Made by a program: the position numbers and the translations under genes. The notes beneath the pieces were generated by a model. The model was not told the origin of the DNA and ran no database searches. It saw nothing but the letters and a program-made list of their open reading frames with translations. Shown here piece after piece: positions 1 through 13,425 of a DNA stretch of 64,000 bases. Within the stretch, counting starts at the first letter, position 1. Each line of letters starts with the position of its first letter. The DNA lies in assembly GCA_030390025.1 (NCBI GenBank), contig CM059431.1:107448001-107512000 (forward strand), written 5' to 3'. The stretch comes from Squalus acanthias. Lineage: Eukaryota.

Positions 1-482
1 AATTATTTGATAAAAAATAATCAGCTTTTGGGAAAAAGTGGTCATCTTCGGTTTGGCATTCCATTTTCTGCATTGAACTGCAACTAGTGCATAATGTCAC
101 ATTCATTACAGTGGAGTAATTACCTTCCTCCAGCCAATAAGGCAGTAAATCTGAATGACTTCAATTAACATCTGATTGGGTATTTTAATTTACCATGAGC
201 AGTAAGTTTAGCTGACACATAATGGCATTTGCAGCATTCCTGCTTGGGTAATTAGTGAATACTTACTGCAATGTTACTAAGTTAGGGTTTGTCCTGTCTA
301 TCAAGTGACTGCCTTCTCTACTGGACTTGCTCATTTAATCACTTTTGTTACTGGAGCTATTTCTTGTCACATATTCTACTCAACTCTGTCTCAGTTTGTG
401 ATTCTTATGTTTATGCCAATTTTAAATTACTGTGCTTTAATTTATTACTTCACAATAATTTGTATTTTCTTTATTATTCCAG

Positions 483-545
483 TGGGGAATCCCACCATAG
501 TTCAATTTAAACCGAGTTCTACAGATGCAAGCATTCTTGGAGATG
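483..545 (+). CDS. Candidate 63-nt phase-1/phase-1 host exon (VGNPTIVQFKPSSTDASILGD), gene unknown
   Basis: Pyrimidine-rich acceptor tttgtattttctttattattccAG, donor GTAATT, open frame, length divisible by 3, non-repetitive context. No homology recognised. Confidence 0.3.
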
Positions 546-1749
546 GTAATTACAAAAAAAAATGTCTTCTGTTTACAAATTCTGCTCTTTCCCCCTTTCT
601 TTGTCACTCTCTATTGCTTTGTCTCCTCTGTGTTGTTTTGCTTTCTGTTCCGTGTCTTCCTCTCACTTTTTGTATGACCCAGTGGTAATCCAATGATCAT
701 TTCAGTTTTATGGTAAATCGTTATAATTTGTACATTAATCATTCACTGGGAAGAAGTTCATTCTATGTACGTCCATGCTGATAAGACCGTTATGGACCCA
801 TTCAAAAAGCCAATTATGGAAAAGACATTTGATATAGTTTCACTATAAAAAGGAAGTCATAAACAATGTGTGTTATATCCTAGAGTGTTGGCGATCGTAA
901 GTTGTAATGGAGATTGAAATAATCCATATTGGGGCAAAACGGGGTCAGCTTGAGAGTGAATCATAAATGGCTAATTAGATTATTTTGGTTTATGTCTCAT
1001 CCTTGATGAATTAGTTTACCACCAACTTGCATTTATATAGCGCCTTTAACGTAGCAAAACGTCCCAAGGCGCTTTAAAAAAAAGACATTTGTTCTATTTT
1101 TTATACTGTCTACGTTGGAAGTCCAGTTTGTGCTGAGCCTTTGCAGCTTTTTTATTTCTTGAACTAAAGCTCTGGGTTGTTGAGCTGGGAGTGTGCCCAT
1201 GCAAATGAGATATACTTGTGTAGTCTTCGAAACTGGAAAATTTGCACCTATTTAATTAACACATTTGTCATTAGTGCCTGGTGGTCGTTGGCATTAATGA
1301 TGTGCATAACATACTAAAGCCATAAAAATCTGCAAAAATATAAATACTTACCAAAGAGCCTGCCACTGCGCGTTTTAAATATAAAATTAAAACAATAAAA
1401 TAATAAAAATATGGCATGGATTCATGAGGACAGATGCTAAAGTCTACTGTATCCCTTGTAGGAATGTGATACAATCATTCCAGTTACACATGTATTAGTT
1501 GAAACTCTTAAAACAGTGCTCATTAAATTCTTTTCTAATTCTGTTTTTCTAGAACATATGGAGATAGAACATAAACAATGAAAAGATCCATTAAGTTCCT
1601 GCTGTTGGCCCACAAAGGAGGCTAATATAGTGTACCAGCCCTTACGCAGTGCTGTTAGCATCATTAGTTAGTATGCAGAGCACACAAGCATTTATATTCA
1701 GATTCAACACATTTGTTTTCTTGCTACAATGCCTCAAAATAGCTATTGT

Positions 1750-3560
1750 GGGCTAGAAATTTTTAATAGCTAAGGAATGGGCGGTGTTTAGACTATTTGT
1801 CGGGGTGTCAGCGGGTGGGATCGGTTGCGGGACTGGTGGGAAAGTGTTTTTTTTTACAGCAGGTCGGGAACCGGCTGTCAAACCGCCGCAACGCGCCTTT
1901 CCCAATGTCGGGTCTGTCAGCACTGAGCAGACCCGACAGGCAGTGGCGGGCAACCAAATTAAACTCATTATAATGCACTTACCAGACCCTTAATGGGCTT
2001 TCGTAACTTGCTTTTTATTTTTAACTTCATGGCCATGGGGACCATGTTGTTCGGGGACACGGCTGTCAACCTGAGGCGGGAGTTCAGTGGCCATTGCTCC
2101 AGCTGATTACTTGACAGCTTCAAATGTACAGTAAAAGCTCCCACCTGACAGATCATCACTTTCCTCAGACACAAGCTGTTTTTCAGTCCATTTCCAGCAC
2201 AGATTCTGTAGGCTTTCCACTTTCCACTCTCCATCCACTCTCACCTCTTTGGAAGAATTCTCTCACCATTGACAGAATGCTTCTGTCACCTCTACTTTAC
2301 TTGCCATCTATTCCATCAACATGGGTGCCCTTTATACTGTCTCAGCTTGGTCCTCAGAATCTGACCACGATGAGCCCAACACCAGCAGCACCAGGCACAT
2401 CAACAGCACCAACAACAACACCAACCTTCTCTGCAATCACCTGATGCTGCACAGGACACAAGGCATCAGCACCCGACCACATTGCTGCCCGGGAGGCATG
2501 GGATGGCCTCACCATGGCCAGATTTACTTAACTTTACGTTGTACACCCATATGGCTGCCACATGATGTGCCAGGTTGGCATCACCCCACACCAACACCAT
2601 AAAGCATCCCTACAATGTCCAAGCCATTCCTTTCACATTCAACACCATTGTGGGGGGTACCGTTATGTCTCACCATTCACTGCAACTCACTAAGCCACTT
2701 CCAAAGGTGCAGGCGAATGTGTCCAAGAACACAAAGTGTTGAAAATAAAGGTTTCAATGTTTGATACCACATTAACAGAAATTTTACACGAACATTGGAT
2801 AAAACACACAAGTGGCTACCCTTGTGTGTTGTTAGTTGGTATGATTGCACTAGGATGAGGGTGAGTGTAAGGGGTGGCTAGTGAGATGGGGATGTGATAA
2901 TGTAGATAGAGAGGGATGGGTGGAGGTGCAAGGTAAGTTGGTGAAAGTAAAGATGTGCAGGAGTAGGGTAGGGAAGGCAGAGTGATGGGGATGTGATGAG
3001 AGGCACAGGAGGATGAGGTTGAGTGTGACTTTGTACTAACGTTTTGTGATCTACTGAGATCATTGAAATGTTTGCGCCACTGCACCCAGGTCCTCCTGAT
3101 GACATCCTCGCTTGTGACCTCCTCTGCAATGTATAACCAGGCTGTGTTAATCTCCTGGGGAGGTCTCTTCTGCCCATAGGAATGGAAGAGGGCCTCCCTG
3201 CGTGCTGTGACTCCCTCCATTAGCATATGGAGGGAGTCATGGGAGAACCTGGGTGCAGCCCTGTGCCTTTGTGCAGTCATTGTCAGTGTTTGCAGCACTT
3301 CAATGCTGTAGAACACTGACAGCACATATGTCAAAAGTAAGGTGGCCATGGTACCCTTAAGGAAACCAGCTGATGACGCATTATGAATGACGTCATCAGA
3401 CCCGCTTCCTCTAATTGGCCCGGGAAATGCGCTGGGCGGGCTTAACAAGCCCTATCAATGTCAATTCTTTTTAGACAGCGGGATGGAGCCATCAGTGGGG
3501 TCGCAACCCGCCACCGACACCAGCCGCACCATACCTGCCAAGGTGTGCAAAATCCTGGCC
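1750..3560 (-). mobile_element. Internally deleted Harbinger/PIF element (Myb/SANT exon on minus strand, transposase leader remnant on plus strand)
   Basis: Degenerate termini (gggctagaaatttt ... aaaatcctggcc). The minus ORF contains RAAPRFS...WLYIAEEVT...RTWVQWRKHFNDL. 2321-2520 resembles the transposase N-terminus of the element at 14894-19121. Ends are approximate. Confidence 0.7.
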
Positions 3561-5160
3561 AAAATGGTTAAGTAGCGCCAGTTGAAAATTGTCTAGGTTG
3601 TACACAAAATTCATCCTCCCTCCTCATTAAAATGATTGCAGCCATGATTCTCGCCTAAAAACCCAAGCTCATTGGTGTTACACTGAAAAGATGGACAATA
3701 TCGGGTGTAGTCTAAACACAAGTGATGATTGCCACTGGCTTTTTTTCACTACTTAAAGGAGAGGTTCAAAGATGCTGCAGCACCTCATTCTCAGCATTGT
3801 TGGGTGTGAAGCTGCCTCAACAACCATAAGAAGAAAGACAAGGAGAAGGAGCACTTATTTACAAATCCTGATGGCAGATCGCCGCCCCAGGGAGAGAGCC
3901 CAGAGGTTTTCCAACAAAGCTTTGGAGGCATTGGTTTTAGTGGTGGATAGAAGGCGGGCAGTCCTGTACCAACTGGCAGGAAGCCCTTGCCACAAGTCTA
4001 CCAGACTATGTGGAGGGAGGTGGCACACCACGTCATGGGCAGCACTGTGCTCCCCAGGACCCACACACAGTGCAGGAGGAATTTTAATAAGCTTACATGG
4101 GTGGTCAGTGTGAGTGAAGGCTTCAACAAATGCTACAAACCACCATCTGTACCACAAGCTTCGCACACTGTTCAATGCACCATGCCCCCAGCACTCACTC
4201 ACCAACAATCTCTACCTAGCAACACCACACACACATCACACACCTTGCAAACAATGACAGCTATTCAACTATGGCAGGCACAAGGGTTATTATTTATTAG
4301 AATTCATGTGATATGTGTGATATGTTTATCGATACATTTATTAAGTGTGTTTGGAATATTTTGTGGTCTCTCTCATTTCAACTTTGTGCCCAGGAGGATG
4401 CTGTGATATGGCATGAGACAGGGATTGTATGATGGGAATGTGGTGAGCTACGGGGATCTGGGGTTTCATTCATGCAAATCGAAGTCTGATAAGCCAGTCA
4501 CGGACAGCCCGTCCAGAAGGTCTGCCTCCACCCTCCCTTCGGTTCCTCCTCCTCCTCCTCCTCGTCCTCTTCCTCCTCATCCTCTTCTGCCTCATCCTCT
4601 TCCTCCTCATCCTCCTCTGCCTCGTCATCCACCTGAGGTAATCCTGCAGTCCCCATGCCTGTGAGGAAGTGTTGTGAGCAGAAGCCTTTAACAAATAATG
4701 AGTGACTTCTGCCCTTGAATCAACACTCCCTGTCATCAAAAAAACTTGAAATAACTAAAGAAAGCTGTTTCAGCACCAGGAAGTAGCAAACAGGCACTGA
4801 AACTGCAGAACCATTTTAGTTGCAGCTGATTGGGGATGGTGCCTTTAAACATCGCTGCTGCAGCCTGCTTCCTGCTGGTAGACACCAGCTCTCCCTATCG
4901 TTGTTCTGCGCTGCCGTTAAGGTAAGTGGCTATAACGAAGTTGGGAGTTCAGACGTCCAGTGAGCGTTGCACACTCACTGACGTCACCATCTCCATGATG
5001 GCGAGGTGCCTGGCGATCGTGTTCAGCAACAGCGCTGCCGGCAACACCGACATGGCGTGCGACGCTGGAACCGGCATCAGCTGTTGTTACAGCTGTCAAC
5101 TGCGTTTAGCGCCATCTTGTGGCGCTAATGAGTGGTGCAAGCCACCCGAATTTCTCCCCC
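3561..5160 (+). mobile_element. Degraded, internally deleted Harbinger element (second family)
   Basis: Frameshifted Myb/SANT exon at 3870-4110 (RAQRFSNKALEALV / MWREVAHHV...RTHTQCRRNFNKL). Acidic transposase tail remnant on minus at about 4400-4700. Right terminus gaatttctcccc. Left end uncertain. Confidence 0.65.
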
Positions 5161-6588
5161 TTTGTGCTTTAGCGTGAGAAATGCACACTGCTAACACCTG
5201 TCATGCTTTTAGCTACACACCCTGAGTAATTTGAGCAATATTTTTATTTACATATACTAAATTCTTTAATAAAGTAAGTATGGGAATAACAATTACTAGT
5301 ACATGCTGAGTACATGCGGTTAAATTCCTTATACACATGCCAACTAACCAGATAACAATCCTAATATTTCATTGTCGACCATATTGCGACTCACACGTTT
5401 TCAGCTTATTATATTTCTTTGCGATCACTTGTATTCTGAATTAAGAATTTTCCCTGTTTGTGACTGGAAGCTTGCTAAGTGTTATTGGTGCAGATTTTCC
5501 AATGTGTGTGAGGTACTAACAGGAATGATGCAAAGTGGGCTTTGTGCCTGTTCTTCCTCCATGTGGCCGCCCTCCTCTACCATCTGGTTTGAGCCTCCTG
5601 GAATTCAATCCGCCAGTCTCTGGGAGCAGGGGGGTGGGGTCAGGGAGGGTGCAGGATATTTGTTCTGCTTTAGCTACCTAAACAGTTGCAACAGGCTTTG
5701 AATTTTTCTTTGTGATGAAGTGCCTTGGGACATTTTTCCACGTTACAGGCACGATATGCACGCAAGTTGTTGTGGTCGTTTTAGTGGGAAGGTTAAGTTT
5801 GGCTTGCAAAAATTCTCAGCAGTCAAGAAAGCTCGTGTTGTGAAATGGTGGACCAGCACAGTAGCAGATGTCCACAATTTACAGGTGCAGCTATGGAGCT
5901 GTTGTTCCAAAGATTGGATCAGGTTGGCCTGTTAATACCCAAAGGCACCCACCCCTTAGCATGCCAGCAGGAAATGTTAGAGTGTCAATGCTGCCTTGAT
6001 CACTTAGAGCTGGGAGTAGATGAGAAAGAAGTATGCTGACCTGATAACATCTACAAGGTAAGGCTACGCACCCAGTATTTTTATCAAGTAGATGAGCAAC
6101 ACAGAGTTTCCTCACACCCTGCCAAACATTGACTCCTGCCCCATGCAAAGCACTATGCCAAGACTTTCTTACCGCTCTTTGAATGCTTACCATGCATGTC
6201 CATGCTGCAGCAATATACACATGAAATTGCATCTTACAGCTGGAACTCTTGGCAAACTGGCATTTGATAAGGCTTCACACAAAAAAATAACATTTCAACA
6301 CAACAGAGCTGTGCAGTGTGTTTACCCACATACATGGTGGATTGCAAGATGGGCACTTGAGTGCCACCTTATGTGTGTAGAGGGACACAGGAGGAAGGCC
6401 CTGAAATTACAAGCTGTAGAGTCTCTTTGAAGAGGTCACCCTGGAAATCATTGGGAGTAGAAGATGATATTAATGGAGATATACCTCTTGCTGAGGGATA
6501 GTGCCAACCTTCTCCTGTTATTTTTTCTCACTCACTGTTGATCACTTAGAAGTATGCTGACCTGATAACATCTACAAGGTAAGGCTAC

Positions 6589-7735
6589 ATCGCACCAACG
6601 CTCTTCTCGATCTTCCTTGCTGCAATGCTCCATCTCACTCTCAGTAAGCTCCCCGCTGGAGTGGAGCTAATTTACTGAACAAACAGGAAACTGTTCAACC
6701 TCCATCGCCTCCAGTCCAGATTCAAGGTCGTCCCATCCTCTGTCGTCGAATTACAGTATGCAGACGACGCATGCTCGGAGGTCGAACTCCAAACCATCGT
6801 CAACACCTTCACCGAAGCGTACGAGAGCATGGGCCTTACACTAAACATCCGTAAGACAAAGGTCCTCTACCAACCTGCCCCCGCCACACAGTACTGCCCC
6901 CCAATTATCAAAATCCACGACAAGGCCTTAGACAACGTGGACCACTTTCCATACCTTGGGAGCCTACTGTCAACAAGGGCAGACGTCGATGACAAAGTGC
7001 TTCAGTGTGCCAGTGCAGCCTTCAGTCACCTGAGGAAGAGAGTGTTTGAAGACCAGGACCTCAAACCCGGCACCAAGCTCATGGTCTGCAGAGCAGTAGT
7101 GATACCCGCCCTCCTGTATGCTTCAGATACATGGACCATGTACAGCAGGCACCTCAAAGCACTGCAGAGGTACCACCAATGCTGCCTCCACAAGATCCTG
7201 CAAATCCATTGGCAGGATAGGCGCACCAACATCAGTGTTCTCACTCAGGCCAACATCCCCAGCATCAAAGCTTTGACCACGTGAAGCTTTGATGGATGTG
7301 TCACATCGTCCGCAAGCCCGATACGAGACTCCCAAAACAAGCGCTCTACTCGAAGCTCCGACACGGCAAGAGAGCCCCAGGTGGGCAGAGGAAACGCTTC
7401 AAGGACACCCTCAAAGCCTCCTTGAAAAAGTGCAACATCCCCACCAACACCTGGGAATCCCTGGCCCAAGACCGCACAAAGTGGAGGAGAAGCATCCGGG
7501 AAGGCGCCGAACACCTCGAGTCTCTTCGCCGGGAGCAAGCGGAAGCCGAGCGCAAGCAGCGCAAGGAGCGCACGTCAACCCAAGCACCCCACCCACCCGC
7601 CCCTTCAACCACCGTCTGCCCCACCTGTGATAGAGACTGTAAGTCCCGCATTGGACTCATCAGTCACGTGAGAACTAATTTTTAGTGTGGAAGCAAGTCA
7701 TCCTCGGTTCCGAGGGACTGCCTAAGAATTAAGAA
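6589..7735 (+). mobile_element. 5'-truncated RTE-clade LINE (RT C-terminus, disrupted)
   Basis: QYADD motif near 6755-6770, GLTLNIRKTKVL, FPYLGS, RLPKQALYSKL...GGQRKRFKDTLK, terminal CxxC finger, TAAGAA-type tail. Contains stops and frameshifts. Confidence 0.9.
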
Positions 7736-7873
7736 GAGATACACTCAAGCACACTATGACACAGAGCATATTACAATCAATGTATTATTTACAGCAGGCA
7801 TGCTAGCATATCTTCCTCATTTGTTTATATAGGTCTATATGGCCCCCAAACCAGTCTAAGTACCCACTGTTAC

Positions 7874-8376
7874 AAAGAAAGAAAGACTTACATTTATATA
7901 GCGCCTTTCACAACCTCAGGATGTCCCAAAGCGTTTTACAGCTAATCAAGTACTTTTGAAGTGTAGTCACTGTTGTAATGTAGGAAACGCGGCAGCCAAT
8001 TTGTGCACAGCAAACTCCCACAAACAGCAATATGAAAATGACCAGATAATCTGTGGACTGAGGGAAAATATTAGCCAGGACACCAGGGAGAACACCCCTA
8101 CTCTTTTTTATTTTAGTGATGTTGATTGAGGGATTAAATATTGCCCAGGACACTGAGGATAATTCCCCGGCTCTTCTTCAAAATAGTGCCATGAGATCTC
8201 TTACATCCACCTGAGAGAGCAGATCGGCCCTCGGTTCAACGTCTCATCTGAAAGACAGCACCTACAACACTGCAGCACTCCCTCAGCGTCAGCCTAGGGT
8301 TGTGTGCTCAAGTCTCTGGAGTGGGCACTTGAACCCACAACCTTCTGACTCAGAGGCAAATAGTGCTACCCACTGA
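7874..8376 (-). mobile_element. tRNA-derived Deu-type SINE (SacSINE1-like)
   Basis: Minus-strand tRNA head with B-box GGTTCAAGT, core shared with the copy at 33400-33810, L2-type tail aggcgctatataaatg. Confidence 0.75.
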
Positions 8377-8509
8377 CCAGAGAGTAACTCGAGTCTCACA
8401 GTGCCCTACGTCACTCACTCCACCTGTGGTAAGCATCAGTACTGATGCACAGTGGGAGCATCTTTCATGAATACTCACATTGCTGCATTTGGGTGTCTTG
8501 GGACCTAAC

Positions 8510-9253
8510 GGCCCAAAAATTAGTGCCGCTACGCGAGAGTACGCACTGCGTACTCTCGCGTATTCTGTCTCCAATTGCCGGTTTTCTGCATGCACTGCGC
8601 ATGCGCTGAAAACCGGCACTTGGTGAATGGAAAAGGGGGCGGGTCCTAGGTGAACCGCGTGCGCGCTACAGGCTGCGCGCACGCAGTGCACTTAGTGGTT
8701 TCAACGCGCAGGTAAGTACGGAAGATTCTACACATAAAAAAAGGAGGAGTAAGACCCACTTTTAACAAGGTAAGTAGTGAATTAAGTATTATTTTGAATT
8801 TTTTTTTAACAGGTATATCTTTTTTAGAGACTTTAAAGACAGGTAAGTTTATTTTTATAACTTTTTAAAAGATTTTAAATTTTTTCAAAAATTTAATTTT
8901 TTATTTAAAATGGTTAATTTATTTAACTATACTTATTTTATTAATGTAATGGTTTTTTTTTTAATTTAATTGAGGTTTAGCGGTTCTTTTGGGGGGCTAT
9001 AGTATTCATAGCTTTCACAGCACTTATGTGAAAGTTATGAATGGAAGATGGTGTGCTGCCATTGGCTCTAACTGAGTCACGTGATCCCACAGCTCGCACG
9101 AATTAACTACGCCGGTGGGATACGCAAGCCCAGCACAGCAGCTGTCCAGAACATCAAGTTCGTGCGAGCTGGAACTGAAAAAGCCAACGCGCAGTGAGAG
9201 ATCGCGGGGAGGCCTTACCCTCGCACGAAGGCTTCCTCACGAATTTTTGGGCC
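8510..9253. mobile_element. Non-autonomous Harbinger-type MITE
   Basis: Terminal inverted repeats GGCCCAAAAATT...AATTTTTGGGCC, flanks AAC/AAT (near 3-bp TSD), AT-rich centre. Confidence 0.75.
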
Positions 9254-9274
9254 AATATCTAAGAGGCTGTCTTG

Positions 9275-10260
9275 TGTAAGCGGTTTTTGATCCTAGCCCA
9301 ATTGCTAGACGGATGGTTCGAATCGCCCCCGCCTTACGAAAGTTCTATACCCGGGAATTATTATTCAGAGTGTAAATGAAATAAGTCACGGACAGGAATG
9401 CTTCGGTGAAAAATCAAACTTATATTTATTTGGTCTAACATACACTGGCTAAAACATGCACTACTAAACAAAATCACTGTCTCTGTGGAGAACAAAAATC
9501 CAGGTTATAAAAAACATACATACAGTACAAAACTGAGGACTATGACAAGCAGTAATTCCCTTGTTGCTATGGTGGACTCTAATTCCACCCCTACCAACGA
9601 ATTACCCACTCGCATAAGCCCCTTCGCCTGGCTGAACCAAACGAAGCTCCCACCCTTAGAATAGCCCAAAAGCTTCACTTCTGAGAAAGACTCTGAGCCC
9701 CTTACACCTCACCCAGCTCGCCTGGGATATCTGGTTTACCGGCTTGGGACACTCGAGACCATGCTTACCTCCACGCACACAGTCGGTCTCGATCGCTCCG
9801 CTCAGCTGCTTCCTCCTCTGGTACTTCTTCTTGTTAGGTCGATTGGTACAGTGAGATCAAGAGAGAGAGAGAATGGTGGGAAAGAATCTATCTTTATAGG
9901 AGTCTTGCTACCCCTATCTTTCCCGCCAATCTTTAAAATCCTTTTGTTTCTAAGCACTCCAGTGCTTAGTCAGTGATGGGCCATCATGAGACCCATGTAT
10001 ATTCCGTGATTGGACTAATGGCCCTAAGTCTGGGACATATTTTGGTCTTTGTGTTGGGAAAAACTGGCTCCTCTTCGATTTCTTAAAATCTTTTTGTTTC
10101 TAAGCACTCCAGTGCTTAGTCAGTGATGGGCCATCATTAGACCCATGTGTATTCCATGATTGGACCAATGGCCCTAAGTCTGGGACATCTCCCGGTCTTT
10201 TGTGTTGGGAAAAACTGACTCCTTTTCGGCTGGCTGAGCTAGTGGGTTCATTGTTCTGCT
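9275..10260 (-). mobile_element. LTR-like fragment with an internal ~150-bp tandem duplication
   Basis: Begins TGTAAG. AATAAA (~9425) and TATAAAG (~9895) on minus. Duplicated block at about 9932-10072 and 10083-10222. Far end not found because it abuts a LINE. Confidence 0.5.
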
Positions 10261-10269
10261 TCTCTTCTG

Positions 10270-10680
10270 AGATGCTCCCCATAACCCTTCACTCCCTTAT
10301 CTTGCAAAAATTTGTCTATCTTCACTTTAAATGTATTTAATGACCCAGCCTCCACGGCTCTCTGGGACAGAGAATTCCACAGATTTACGACCCTCTGAGA
10401 GAAGAAATTCCTCCTCATCTCAGTTCTAAAAGGGCAACCCTTTATTCTGAAACTATGCCCCCGAGTTCTAGATTTCCCCACGAGGGGAAACATCCTCTCT
10501 GCATCTATCTTGTCGAACCCCCTCAGTATCTTATATGTTTCAATAAGATCACCTCTCATTCTTCTAAATTCCAATGAGTATAGGCCCAACCTGCTGAACC
10601 TTTCCTCACAAGTCAACCCCCTCATCTCTGGAATTAACCTGGTGAATCGTCTCTGAACTGCCTCGAATGCAAGTATTTGC
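10270..10680 (-). mobile_element. CR1-type LINE 3' fragment
   Basis: EAVQRRFTRLIP...LGLYSLEFRRMRGDLIETYKI...FFSQRVVNLWNSL, the typical CR1 ORF2 C-terminus. Confidence 0.9.
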
Positions 10681-11505
10681 AAGTTGGGACGAATGGCCTG
10701 TCTTTGTGCTGTAAATTCTATATAAATGGGTGGCTTAGGTTGAATGACTCCTTTAAAAGAGTTTGGTGTACAATTCCTCCAGGCTGCAAAAGTATTTCAG
10801 CAGCATTATCCTCTGGATACTTAGCAATTGGGCAATACCTTATGGGCAATTGACTTCCTTCTCCATCTCCTCTACTTGGAATAGCAAAGTTGTGGAGCTT
10901 GCAGCCGACAGGGTTGATCTTGGAGACCCTGGTGGGGCTGTACTGAAAAATGTCCCCTGACCTGTAGGCATCTGAAGCACTACTTTCATTAGCCATTAAT
11001 TTGTTGTATGATTGTTCTAGTAGATGCATGGGCTGGGAGAGCATCACATGGCAGAACAGTGGAGAGCTGGGCTCGCCTGATGTTATGATCCTAGCTCGTG
11101 CTTTTTATTTAAATATTTGCCATTTTCCTGGATTGCGAGTCATTAATTATGCTGGGAAGTCCCCTGGTGGGATTTCCACGAGCAAGATGGAGCCGCACCT
11201 GAAGGGAGGAGCCCAATTTGAAGGGGGTAAAACGGCCCCAAAGATTAGTTTACAATTTTTCAATTAGGCCTTAAATTGGGTCAAGGCTTTTGTCCAGTGG
11301 GAGGTAGGGGCTTGAAGATAGGGAGAGGTGCTCACTACAGCACTTTTACTCTACAGAAAAAGGAGTTAAACGGGCCTTCTGCTACTGTCCCAGGGTATAC
11401 CACCATCCCAATCCTGGTGATCCCTGGGGTCAGCATCAGTAGCGGTGGAAAGCGGGGAAGTAACAAAGGTTCCCTGGGCTCTGCTTTGTGCTATGGAAAC
11501 GGGAA

Positions 11506-11985
11506 TGGTAGCATAGTGGTTATTTTATTGGACTAGTAATCCAGAGGGCTCGTCTAATAAGCCGGGGACATGAGTTCAAATCCCACCACAGCAGCTGGGG
11601 AATTTGAATTCAGTTAATTAAATAAATCTGGAATTTAAAAAAAAGCTAGTATCAGTAATGATGACCATGGAACTACTGGATTGTTGTAAAGCCCATCTGG
11701 TTCACTAATGTCCTTTAGGAAAGGGAAACCTGCCGTCCTCACCCGGTCTGGCCTATATGTGACTCCAGACCCACAGCAATGTGGTTGACTCTTAACTGCC
11801 CTCTGAAATGGCCTAGCCATGTAACAAACCGTTATAACAAAGTCACTGTGGGAGCACCTTCACCACACGGACTGCAGCGGTTCAAGAAGGCGGCTCACCA
11901 CCACCTTCTCAAGGGCAATTAGGGACGGGCAATAAATGCTGGCCTTGACAGCGATGCTCACATCCCATGAATGAATTTAAAAAAA
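11506..11985 (+). mobile_element. HE1-like tRNA-derived SINE with HER1-LINE-type tail
   Basis: A-box tagcatagtgg, B-box gagttcaaatcc, 3' tail shared with the LINE 3' end at 12320-12460. Confidence 0.7.
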
Positions 11986-12319
11986 TCACTCACATGCGGT
12001 TGGATGCTGTGGAGTCAGGTAGCCTGCTTCCCCGTGGGGTAAGGAAGAAAATCATAGAGCGGCACTGGTGGCGGGGGTCAAGGTGGTATTAGACCTTCCC
12101 ACCCAGTTTTACTCCTTTTTCCACCGCTAGACTGCTCGATTTTAGGTGGTAGAGCGGAAGAAAATCCAGCTTTTATGAGCAAAGCTGTTAACCTGTCAGC
12201 ACTGCAATGAATAATCTGATGAACCTATCTAATCTTGTACACTGTGTGTAACTCTATTCTGATTAAGTAAAACCGAGCTGATGCTGAGTTGTGATAAATT
12301 ACATAGGAGCCTGTAATGC

Positions 12320-13425
12320 TTTTTTTTTTATTTGTTCATGTGATGTGGGCGTCGCTGGCAAGGCCAGCATTTTTATTGTCCACCCCGAATTGCCCTTGAG
12401 AAGGTGACGGTGAGCCGCCTTCTTGAACCGCTGCAGTCCGTGTGGTGAAGGTACTCCCACAGTGCTGTTAGGGAGGGAGTTCCAGGTTTTTGACCCAGCG
12501 ACGATGAAGGATCGGCGATATACTTCCAAGTCAGGATGGTGTGTGACTTGGAGGGGATCTTGCAGGTGGTGGTGTTCCCATGCGCCTGCTGCTCTTGTCC
12601 TTCTAGGTGGTAGAGGTCGTGGGTTTGGGAGGTGCTGCCGAAGAAGACTTGGCAAGTTGCTGCAGTGCATCTTGTAGATGGTACACACTGCAGCCACGGT
12701 AGGCCGGTGGTGCAGGGAGTGAATGTTTAAGGTGTTGGATGGGGTGCCAATCAATGGAGTCATTTAAGGCTTGAATGTCAAGGGGAGGTGGTTAGACTCT
12801 CGCTTGTTGGAGATAGTCATTGCCTGGCACTTGTGTGGCGCGAATGTTACTTGCCACTTATCAGCCCAAGCCTGTATGTCGTTCAGGTCTTGTTGCATGC
12901 GGGCATGGACTGCTTCATTATCTGAGGAGTTGCGAATGGCACTGAACACTGTGCAGTCATCAGCGAACATCCCCATTTCTGACCTTATGTTGGAGGGAAG
13001 GTCATTGATGAAGCAGCTGAAGATGGTTGGGCCTAGGACACTGCCCTGAGGAACTCCTGCAGCGATGTCCTGGGGCTGTGATGATTGACCCCCAACCACC
13101 CCAACCATCTTCCTTTGTGCTAGGTATGACTCCAGCCAGTGGAGAGTTTTCCCCCCGATTCCCATTGACTTCAGTTGTACTAGGGCTCCTTGATGCCACA
13201 CTCGGTCAAATGCTGCCTTGATGTCAAGGGCAGTCACTCTCACCTCACCTCTGGAATTCAACTCCTTTGTCCATGTTTGGACCAAGGCTGTAACGAGGTT
13301 GGGAGCCGAGTGATCATGGCGGAGACCCAAACTGGGCATCGGTGAGCAGGTAATTGGTGAGTAAGTGCCGCTTGATAGCACTGTCGACGACACCTTCCAT
13401 TACTTTGCTGATGATTGAGAGTAGA
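12320..13425 (-). mobile_element. HER1-like LINE, RT and 3' end
   Basis: ALDIKAAFDRVWH, GVPQGSVLGP, FADD RT motifs. 3' UTR and A-tail. Disrupted near 12750-12770. Confidence 0.9.

Noticed and set aside
4470..4739. Arg-rich and Pro-rich ORFs here and at 62479-62830
   Set aside because: Alternative-frame translations of the (GAG)n acidic tail of Harbinger transposases.
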